A stretch of DNA of 52,407 nucleotides from a virus, in the UHGV virus genome UHGV-0113213; one strand, written 5' to 3'. The notes under the pieces are model-generated. The model was not told the DNA's origin, did not search any database, and saw only the letters and a list, made by a program, of their open reading frames with translations. Below, one piece after another: positions 45,148 through 52,407 of the stretch (its first letter is position 1; each line of letters begins with the position of its first letter). Position numbers and translations under genes: made by a program.

Positions 45148-46071
45148 ATGCGCAAGTTAACACATGATGAACAGGTTGCGGCTATCGCTAAGGTTAATCA
45201 TGATGTCGAAGTGCTTGGGGAAATTGTCAATAACAGGACAAAAGTATCCTGCCGCTGCAAGGTTTGCAGTCACGAATGGTCGGCTAGACCTTACAATCTT
45301 AAAAGCGGTTACGGCTGCCCGAAATGCGCCGGAAAGATGAAATTATCACACGAAGAACAGGTTGCCGCTATCGAGAAGGTTAATTCTGATGTCGAAGTGA
45401 TTGGCGAAATAATAAACGGCGATACAAAAGCATTATGCCGCTGCAAAGTTTGTAATCACGAATGGTCGGCTAAACCTAACAACCTAAAAAACGGGCGCGG
45501 CTGCCCGAAATGTAAAGGTTTAAAAATCGCACAAAGACGAACATTATCACACGAAGAACATTTATCCGCTATCACTAAGGTAAATCATGATATTGAAGTA
45601 TTGGGAGAAATAATAAACGATAGGACAAAAGTATTATGTCGATGCAAGGTTTGTGATCATAAGTGGTCGCCTAGACCTTATGCTATTAAAAGCGGGCAAG
45701 GCTGCCCGAAATGTGCGAAACACGGTTTTTTGTCACACAATTTCGGCAAACTTTACATCATGGTTGATGATCCTGAAGTGCCTACACAAATGAAAATCGG
45801 CGTAAGCGTTAATGAGAACAAGCGAAGAAATCGGGTATTAAAAAGCGCACATAAATCAGGCGTTAGAATCCCTGATTTATGTGTCGTGAAAACGTTAGAA
45901 GGTCCAACCGAAAATATCCATGAATTAGAAAGCACGATGCATAAATATTTCAGCAATTATAAAATTAACTTTCCTGTAAAATTTGATGGCAGTAATGAGT
46001 TTTTCTATTACAGGCCGGAAGTATTCGACATGGTAGAAGAAGCATATAAAGAGATTGTTTGCTGTCAATGA
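45148..46071 (+). CDS. protein with 3 tandem zinc-ribbon repeats plus C-terminal GIY-YIG/T5orf172-like domain
   Basis: Three copies of CRCKVCxHEWS..P...K.G.GCPKC; C-terminus GKLYIMVDD...MKIGVS. Confidence 0.5.
   Translation: MRKLTHDEQVAAIAKVNHDVEVLGEIVNNRTKVSCRCKVCSHEWSARPYNLKSGYGCPKCAGKMKLSHEEQVAAIEKVNSDVEVIGEIINGDTKALCRCKVCNHEWSAKPNNLKNGRGCPKCKGLKIAQRRTLSHEEHLSAITKVNHDIEVLGEIINDRTKVLCRCKVCDHKWSPRPYAIKSGQGCPKCAKHGFLSHNFGKLYIMVDDPEVPTQMKIGVSVNENKRRNRVLKSAHKSGVRIPDLCVVKTLEGPTENIHELESTMHKYFSNYKINFPVKFDGSNEFFYYRPEVFDMVEEAYKEIVCCQ
45157..45729. repeat. three ~190-200 bp tandem repeats (zinc-ribbon units)
   Basis: Protein-level triplication mirrored in the DNA. Confidence 0.6.
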
Positions 46072-46104
46072 ATATACAAAATGTAAACATGAGGAAATAA
46101 CAAC

Positions 46105-47223
46105 ATGTCACAAAGAAAGATAAGCGATGAGCAATTGATCGCTGAATATAACAACGGTTTAACGTACAAGCAGATCGCTGAAAAATATGGCATGTCAAAA
46201 CGCAACGTCGAGCGCCTGGGCGCAAAGCTGGCGAAACGCGGTTTAATATCCACGCGTCGCGCGCCGGGTTTTGGCGTCAATGGCGAGTCATTGCTAGTTG
46301 ATAAGGATGGCAATGTGATTATGCGCTGGATTAAAACAGCCCGTGATCGCGATGAAATGGAAAGGCTAATGCAAGCGGCTTGCGATGCTTTCACGGAAGA
46401 CATGCCACGCGCTGAGGCTGTGCCAGTGCCGGAAATTGATTTCCAAAAAAGCCTGGCTCTTTATCCGGTATTCGATCTGCATATCGGTGCGCTTGCGCAT
46501 AAAGCTGAATGCGGTGAGAGCTACGACACCGGGATCGCCGAACGTGTGTTAAATGACTTCTTCGACTACGCGGTGGGCGCTGCGCCAATGTCTGAAAAGG
46601 CTGTTTTGTTGTTAGGAGGTGATATTCTTCACACTGACGGCCTGTTACCAGTGACGCCATCAAGCAATCACGTCCTGGATTGCGATTCACGCTACGCAAA
46701 ACTGGTTTACGTGGCGATCCGGTCGGTCCGGCGTGCGGTCGGGAAGATGTTACTAAATCATAAGTATGTCGAGATCCAGACATTATCCGGTAATCACGAC
46801 CAATCAGGGATGATCTGGCTACGTGCGGCGCTGGCGGCTTTTTACGAAGATGAACCGCGCGTAACTGTTGATGTGTCCCCTGCTATCGTTCACCACACAC
46901 AGTACGGCAAAACATTCCTTGCTTACCACCACGGACACACCATCAAAAAACCAGAAAATTTGTTGTCTGCCTGCGTCTCTGACTGGCGGGAGGATTTCGG
47001 CAAGTCGTCGGCGGTTTACGCTCATTGCGGACACTGGCATCACCAACGGCTGATTGAATCATCGTTAGGCGTTGTTGAGTATCACGGCACGTTAGCTGGC
47101 AAAGACGCTTATTCAACAAATGGCGGCTGGCGGTCGCGTCGGCTGGCTGCGGTAATAATTTACAGTCCTGATCATGGGGAAATCGGGCGCTTTGTTTATT
47201 ACCCTGAATATTCCATTTTGTAA
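46105..47223 (+). CDS. HTH plus calcineurin-like metallophosphoesterase fusion protein
   Basis: N-terminal HTH (LTYKQIAEKYGMSKRNVERL). Phosphoesterase motifs DLHIG, GGDILH, GNHD, HHGH, GHWHH. Confidence 0.5.
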   Translation: MSQRKISDEQLIAEYNNGLTYKQIAEKYGMSKRNVERLGAKLAKRGLISTRRAPGFGVNGESLLVDKDGNVIMRWIKTARDRDEMERLMQAACDAFTEDMPRAEAVPVPEIDFQKSLALYPVFDLHIGALAHKAECGESYDTGIAERVLNDFFDYAVGAAPMSEKAVLLLGGDILHTDGLLPVTPSSNHVLDCDSRYAKLVYVAIRSVRRAVGKMLLNHKYVEIQTLSGNHDQSGMIWLRAALAAFYEDEPRVTVDVSPAIVHHTQYGKTFLAYHHGHTIKKPENLLSACVSDWREDFGKSSAVYAHCGHWHHQRLIESSLGVVEYHGTLAGKDAYSTNGGWRSRRLAAVIIYSPDHGEIGRFVYYPEYSIL

Positions 47224-47241
47224 ACCGGAGGCGATACCATA

Positions 47242-48663
47242 ATGATAACCGAACAAGTAAACTCATTGCGGCAAGAAAGAGAATCTGCGGTTATCGGTGG
47301 CCTGCTGTTAGGTGGGCTTACTCCTAACGCGCAAGACGTTCTCGCTACTCTAGATCCTGAAGTATTCACTATTCCGCTATATAAGCGGGCTTTTGAAATT
47401 ATCCGTGCGCAAGCCAGAAACAGAAATCTCATCGACGCGTTACTGGTTGGTGATGAGATTGGTAATGAAAACTTTGTGCCGCTAATGCAAACGGCGCGAT
47501 CGTGCCCTTCTGCTGCCAACCTGAAGGGGTACGCACAGTTACTACGTGAAGAGCACCAACGTCGGCAGATGTTGGAACTCATCGACGATATGCGCTACAA
47601 ACTGGAAACTGGGACACTTGAGGTCGTCAAAGAGACGATGAAAGATTTTGATTCCCGGTATTCAAAATTAAAGGTAACAAAAGATCAGATTATCCCGGTG
47701 CTGTTGCGAGATGCTGTCCAGGAATACACGGAAGTGCTAAGTAAACGCATGGAGTGTGGCGTGAACTCTGACAACATCAAAACAGGGATTGACCCACTCG
47801 ACGAAATGTTAGGCGGCATTAACGCTACTGATATGGTGCTTATCGCCGGACGCCCAGGGTCTGGTAAATCGGCGTTGGCGTTGGCAATTGCCCGCGCGGC
47901 GGCTGAACGCCAATACCCTGGCGGAGAAGGTCAGCGGGTAGGCGTTTTGCTGTTCACGCTTGAAATGTCGCTCGATCAGATGACTGAACGCGCTATCGCT
48001 GGCGCAGGGAACTTGTCAACGGATTGCCTACGTAATCCGGTAAAACTGGATGACGAAGGGTGGGCGCACGTTGCCCAGGGGATGAGCGCACTTGCCGATC
48101 TCGACGTGTGGATTGTTGACGCATCACAGTTAACGGTCGAGGAAATACGCGCCACCACGGAACGGATGAAACAGGACCATCCTAACCTGGGAATGGTAAT
48201 GATTGACTACATCGGGTTAATGAAGCTGGCTAAGGCCGAACGTCATGATCTCGCCGTAGGGCAATTGTCGTGGTCATTGAAAATGATGGCGAAAGAGTTG
48301 CGCGTGCCAGTGGCGGCGCTGGCGCAATTATCCCGCCGCGTTGAAGAACGACCGAACAAGCGCCCTAACAATTCTGATCTGCGTGATTCCGGCAATCTGG
48401 AACAAGACGCAGACAGGATCATCATGGTCTACCGCGACGGCTACTACAACGAACAATCAGTTGCACGCGAGTACATGGAGATCATCGTTTCAAAAAACCG
48501 TCACGGGAAAACGGGTACTGTTTACCAGCGGTTTGATGATAACGGCAACATTTTACCATGCGACCAGGCCCGCGCGGCGTCCGCGTGTATCCAGTCAATG
48601 CAACAACGTCAGGCGACAAGCCGATTCTCCCAGCGAAATAACCAGACAAACTCATCTTTTTAA
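47242..48663 (+). CDS. replicative DNA helicase (DnaB family)
   Basis: Walker A GRPGSGKSALAL, LFTLEMS, DLRDSG..EQDAD. Confidence 0.85.
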   Translation: MITEQVNSLRQERESAVIGGLLLGGLTPNAQDVLATLDPEVFTIPLYKRAFEIIRAQARNRNLIDALLVGDEIGNENFVPLMQTARSCPSAANLKGYAQLLREEHQRRQMLELIDDMRYKLETGTLEVVKETMKDFDSRYSKLKVTKDQIIPVLLRDAVQEYTEVLSKRMECGVNSDNIKTGIDPLDEMLGGINATDMVLIAGRPGSGKSALALAIARAAAERQYPGGEGQRVGVLLFTLEMSLDQMTERAIAGAGNLSTDCLRNPVKLDDEGWAHVAQGMSALADLDVWIVDASQLTVEEIRATTERMKQDHPNLGMVMIDYIGLMKLAKAERHDLAVGQLSWSLKMMAKELRVPVAALAQLSRRVEERPNKRPNNSDLRDSGNLEQDADRIIMVYRDGYYNEQSVAREYMEIIVSKNRHGKTGTVYQRFDDNGNILPCDQARAASACIQSMQQRQATSRFSQRNNQTNSSF

Positions 48664-48739
48664 TTAACTTGAGAAACGGCTTACCGGAAAGTTTACCGCT
48701 TTCTGGTGGCTGTTTTCGCGCTTAAATCGAGGCTAAAAA

Positions 48740-49297
48740 ATGAGCGTTGAACTTGAAACAAAAATTATCAATATCCTTGAACTTGATGGCATCGACACAA
48801 TGCACCAGCTACGCCAGAAAACAGGATTATCAGCGGAATATGACGAAGCTGGATGTTTGCCTGAGACAATTAAACACCTGATAGACGCTGGTATTGTTGA
48901 GCGTGTGTATACATATTTTGGACCGCGCCGCCGCTTGCTGGGGTATCGAATTAAATATTTGTATGCTCAACGGCGCGATCGTGTGGCGGCGTTATTTAGT
49001 GACTACAGCGTTAAAAAGCGTATGCGTGACATTAGCGCGGAAACTGGTATTCCGTGGAATTACCTGTCGCGCACGCTGCGTTTAATGGTACTTGATGAAA
49101 CGCTTTGCATAGACACCAATAAACACGGCCTTAACTTTTACTCACTGTTTAAACCTGGGCGCTTTGGTCACGCTAATGATCTCGCGTTTAATTTTGACAG
49201 CCGCCTGAATGAATACCGGAAAAATAACGGCCTGTTACCGGATAAACCAGTATTTGAGATCGAAAAACTTAACGGTGAAACGGGGTTAGAATTATGA
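48740..49297 (+). CDS. hypothetical protein
   Basis: ORF. Confidence 0.4.
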   Translation: MSVELETKIINILELDGIDTMHQLRQKTGLSAEYDEAGCLPETIKHLIDAGIVERVYTYFGPRRRLLGYRIKYLYAQRRDRVAALFSDYSVKKRMRDISAETGIPWNYLSRTLRLMVLDETLCIDTNKHGLNFYSLFKPGRFGHANDLAFNFDSRLNEYRKNNGLLPDKPVFEIEKLNGETGLEL

Positions 49298-49500
49298 GAC
49301 GGGTAATCTTTTATTCAGTTGAAACGTTTATCGACGATACGCGCGTTTATTATCCGTGGGAAGTATACGACGCAAAGGTGTATACACCGCCACTGATGCG
49401 GAAATATAAACACGTAAAATTTAACCGGGTTTTTGTGCCAATGCACGATGCATTGCGGGCGCTGCGTGGGGAATTGCGAAACACAATGCGGATTGTGTAA
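49294..49500 (+). CDS. hypothetical protein
   Basis: ORF. Confidence 0.35.
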   Translation: MRRVIFYSVETFIDDTRVYYPWEVYDAKVYTPPLMRKYKHVKFNRVFVPMHDALRALRGELRNTMRIV

Positions 49501-49508
49501 GGGGAGTT

Positions 49509-49706
49509 ATGGACAAGGAACTGGATTTAACTGTTGAAGACCTGAGCACGATTGCGGAATACATGCGCGGCGATGATCCTGATCGCCCTGTTGTCGTTGA
49601 TATGAAAAAACTTAAAAACGATTTTATGGCTAGTTCAAGGCTCATTTCTTTATGGGCGATCATGTATGCGCGTGCACCGCGTGAAAATAGTAACGGTGTA
49701 TCATGA
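49509..49706 (+). CDS. hypothetical protein
   Basis: ORF. Confidence 0.35.
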   Translation: MDKELDLTVEDLSTIAEYMRGDDPDRPVVVDMKKLKNDFMASSRLISLWAIMYARAPRENSNGVS

Positions 49707-50134
49707 AACAAATTAGATTTGAAATAGTTAATGACGCTGTGAAAGAAAATGCTATCAGGCAGATAAGGGAAATACAGCCTGATAGCAAAAGCCCGCTGAT
49801 AATTACCATCCAGGAGAAAACCCGCTCGCTAAGCCAAAATGCGTTGCTTTGGGCGCTGTTGACCGACATTAGCGATCAGGTTAATTGGTACGGTAAGAAG
49901 CTGTCGCCGGAAGACTGGAAAGCGGTATTCACTGCCGGACTTAAGAAATATGGCGTAGTCCCTAACCTGGATAAATCAGGCTTCGTTGTATTGGGAACGT
50001 CTACAAGTCGAATGAGTAAATCAGAATTCAGCGAACTAATCGAATTGATTTACTCGTTCGGTGCGGAGCATGATGTTCAATGGTCGGGTGATACGAAATT
50101 AAATGAGGAATTCATAAAACGCTGGGGGCAATAA
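49703..50134 (+). CDS. ninB: NinB recombination protein
   Basis: QNALLWALLTDIS...WYGKKL..EDWK matches lambda NinB. Confidence 0.85.
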   Translation: MKQIRFEIVNDAVKENAIRQIREIQPDSKSPLIITIQEKTRSLSQNALLWALLTDISDQVNWYGKKLSPEDWKAVFTAGLKKYGVVPNLDKSGFVVLGTSTSRMSKSEFSELIELIYSFGAEHDVQWSGDTKLNEEFIKRWGQ

Positions 50135-50310
50135 TGGCGCGTTATTATATGGCTAAACCTACCGGAATTTTGTATAAGATTGATGGCGAATACGTTTTTT
50201 ATTTTCACAACCAGGCGCGAGAGTGGCGATTGTGTCACGCGCACTTTCAGCACGAAATAGAAAACCACCCTGAATATTTTATTAAGGTTGACAATGTAAC
50301 GGTGGCGTAA
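50134..50310 (+). CDS. hypothetical 58 aa protein
   Basis: TAATG coupling. Confidence 0.35.
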   Translation: MARYYMAKPTGILYKIDGEYVFYFHNQAREWRLCHAHFQHEIENHPEYFIKVDNVTVA

Positions 50311-50325
50311 CTGAGGATAGGCAAA

Positions 50326-50973
50326 ATGAATAAACTTAAAGCAATTGGCGTAATTCGCCATCGTGTAGACCCGGACTACCCTTCTTTTGAGGTTGCCACA
50401 TACCGCAACGAATACCAATATGGATCATCTTTCCTTGTGGGTGTTCGCGCTGATACTGGCGGCACTTATTCAGTTATGGCGGCTTCATGTGTTTTTGAAG
50501 AATATAAAAATATAGATGATGACGGCATGAATAAAGAAAGTGAAATCATTGATGAATTAATCGAAGATGAGCGGCATGATTGCGATAAACCGGAAGTTAC
50601 AGAATGGAAGGCAGGAGAAAAGCCGCCGTGCGGAGTGTGGCTTGATTGCATTGGATCAAGAAGCGATATAGTGATTGATGTCGTTAAGTTTTTCTACCTG
50701 GGCGATAAGTGGTCTATTGCTCACAGTAAATTAGATACAGGTATTGAAACACCAATTGCATGGAAACAATACTCGTACCGCATTCACATTGACCCGAAAG
50801 AAAAAGCACTGGCGGAAATTGCGTTTGCGCTGGCTACTAAGGTGATTGGTGAAGATGCGGCAAAAGAAATTAATTTTAACCGCGACAACGAATTTTCATG
50901 CGATTATCGCAACATGGCGCAAGCTATTATCGACGGATGTATCGGACACGTTGAATACACGGGAGGTAAATAA
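50326..50973 (+). CDS. hypothetical protein
   Basis: ORF. Confidence 0.4.
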   Translation: MNKLKAIGVIRHRVDPDYPSFEVATYRNEYQYGSSFLVGVRADTGGTYSVMAASCVFEEYKNIDDDGMNKESEIIDELIEDERHDCDKPEVTEWKAGEKPPCGVWLDCIGSRSDIVIDVVKFFYLGDKWSIAHSKLDTGIETPIAWKQYSYRIHIDPKEKALAEIAFALATKVIGEDAAKEINFNRDNEFSCDYRNMAQAIIDGCIGHVEYTGGK

Positions 50974-51203
50974 TGGATAAAACAGGGACAATCCTTCTTA
51001 GTCGCCCTGCCATCTGCCGGATGCTTGGTGGAATTAGCAGGGGAACATTTTATTTATGGCGTAAAAAATGGGAACGGAACGGAACTCCGTTCCCCGACCC
51101 GGTTGATGTACTTGGTAACGGTCGTGGCGTTATGTACCGCTATCAGGACGTAATGCAGTTCTTTGATCAGATTGGTTTAACGTCAGCCAAAGATAATACA
51201 TAA
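50973..51203 (+). CDS. AlpA-family excisionase / transcriptional regulator
   Basis: LLSRPAICRMLGGISRGTFYLWRKK is typical AlpA; lies adjacent to int. Confidence 0.65.
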   Translation: MDKTGTILLSRPAICRMLGGISRGTFYLWRKKWERNGTPFPDPVDVLGNGRGVMYRYQDVMQFFDQIGLTSAKDNT

Positions 51204-52357
51204 TCAGCAAACTTATTTAGCGCCTCCTTTTGTTCGTCAAGATAATCGTATTTATCGTACACCGCCAGTATTCCCCTTAATGAATGGCCTAAGATCTTTT
51301 CCGCAATATGTACCGGAACACCTATAGCTGAAAGGTGTGTCCGGCACGTCCTGCGGAGGTCGTGACAGGACCATGATTTACCGCCCATCCTTTTACGCAC
51401 GAAGATTGCGGCTACTTTTATCACCGATGCGTTTACTGGCCTGTTACCGCCGTTAATCACTGGCGGGAACACGTAATCATACTCATGGGAGGATAACACC
51501 TCCCTGAGCATTTTTATCGACAAATCTGATAATCCCCGCCTGATTTCACTTCTTGTCTTCGCCACCGCTGCCGGGACGGTCCACACCCCGTTATCCAGGT
51601 CGAGGTGCTCCCTTCTCATTTTCTGCAACTCCCCCACCCTGCACCCGGTGAGCAATAATAGCTTTAATGCTATCTTGTTCTGACGGTAGATCTGCGAATC
51701 ATCCACCGTTCGCCAGAAATGGCCTATTTCATCGCATGATAAATAACGCTCGCCAACCGCATAATTTTCGCCAACGTCAATAACCCTGATATTGTTTATC
51801 GCTGTACTGGTCATTAGCCCGCGCCTGATAGCGCTGTTCACAACAATCTTCATTCGCTTAAGTATCAGTCCCGCCGTAACCGCGTGGCCCGCCGCAGTGA
51901 TCTCGCCGAATATGTCCATCCATTGTTTCGTACTGACATCATCGGCAATATACTCACCGAATTTATCGACAACATGGCGCTTAAGCGCGCTCCTGACGTC
52001 ATTATATGCAACCAGCTTAATAACGTTCGGCAGGGATAAATAGTCACTCACAATGGCGCTTATTGTTAATTTGCCACGCTCAATACTTATCGCTTGCTTT
52101 ACTGAAACGGTTGGATTCTTCCCCTTCGCTAATAGTTCTTTGTATTCTGCCACCGCGTGGCGTGCATCTTTCAACGTCATGCTGCCGTAATCGCCGATCT
52201 TCATCCTTACAGGCTTACCGTTGAACCTGTACCGGAACTGGAAAATAATTTTCCCTTTCGGGCTTATCCTGGCAGACAAGCCATCGCGATCTGCTATCTC
52301 GTTCGGGCCGTCATATGGCTTGTTTGCTATTGCGCGTAATTTCGTATCCGTCAGCAT
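51167..52357 (-). CDS. int: tyrosine integrase (P4-type)
   Basis: C-terminal catalytic region HDLRRT...LGH..........Y; N-terminal arm-binding domain MLTDTKLRA. Confidence 0.85.
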   Translation of the reverse strand: MLTDTKLRAIANKPYDGPNEIADRDGLSARISPKGKIIFQFRYRFNGKPVRMKIGDYGSMTLKDARHAVAEYKELLAKGKNPTVSVKQAISIERGKLTISAIVSDYLSLPNVIKLVAYNDVRSALKRHVVDKFGEYIADDVSTKQWMDIFGEITAAGHAVTAGLILKRMKIVVNSAIRRGLMTSTAINNIRVIDVGENYAVGERYLSCDEIGHFWRTVDDSQIYRQNKIALKLLLLTGCRVGELQKMRREHLDLDNGVWTVPAAVAKTRSEIRRGLSDLSIKMLREVLSSHEYDYVFPPVINGGNRPVNASVIKVAAIFVRKRMGGKSWSCHDLRRTCRTHLSAIGVPVHIAEKILGHSLRGILAVYDKYDYLDEQKEALNKFADYVLSLADVKPI

Positions 52358-52407
52358 TCTGATACCTCTTTTTGGTCACGATTTGGTACACAGTTTTATC
52401 TGAACGG

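Noticed and set aside
1-52407. CRISPR arrays, tRNA or rRNA genes
   Set aside because: No regularly spaced direct repeats with unique spacers and no tRNA-like cloverleaf candidates were seen. The repeats found are protein-coding tandem repeats or promoter motifs.

Overview
The window is almost entirely a lambdoid siphovirus prophage (or phage genome) of an enterobacterial host, with lambda-like regulation and a mosaic structural module. A partial side-tail-fibre gene at the left edge and a P4-type integrase at the right edge suggest the element continues or ends just outside the window.

Gene order (bp 1 to 52407):
- Tail module on the minus strand: side tail fibre, Cor-like lipoprotein, J, I, K, L, M, tape measure, chaperone, major tail protein.
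- Head and packaging module: HK97/SPP1-like head-tail joining genes, major capsid, decoration, scaffold, gp7-like morphogenesis protein, portal, then an Sf6-like TerL/TerS pair.
- An unusual block of 11 tiny single-transmembrane peptide genes, translationally coupled to an HExxHxxxH metallopeptidase-like gene.
- Lysis cassette: pinholin-like holin, phage-21-like SAR endolysin, Rz/Rz1 spanins.
- About 5.5 kb of small accessory genes, then Q, RusA and NinG.
- A DNA-modification-like cluster: C5-methyltransferase-like, YhhQ/DUF165 transporter-like, Dam-like N6-adenine methyltransferase.
- Early-left genes (SSB, Erf-like annealing protein, N-like antiterminator), then cI.
- Rightward replication module: O-N-terminal-like winged-HTH protein, replisome organiser with embedded iteron origin, zinc-ribbon-repeat protein, HTH-metallophosphoesterase fusion, DnaB helicase, NinB, AlpA/Xis.

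All plus-strand cargo (morons) sits in the tail module, each with its own promoter-like motif and a bidirectional terminator.

Three sequence-level features stand out:
- A recurrent intergenic motif CCATTTTGTA(A/T)A occurs at 15 or more junctions, usually over the spacer and -10 box of sigma70-like promoters.
- Six CRP-consensus palindromes (TGTGAT-N4-ATCACA) sit beside several of these motifs.
- Three nut-like sites share a near-identical boxA (GCTCTTTAAAAATCCGG).

No tRNA, rRNA or CRISPR array was seen.
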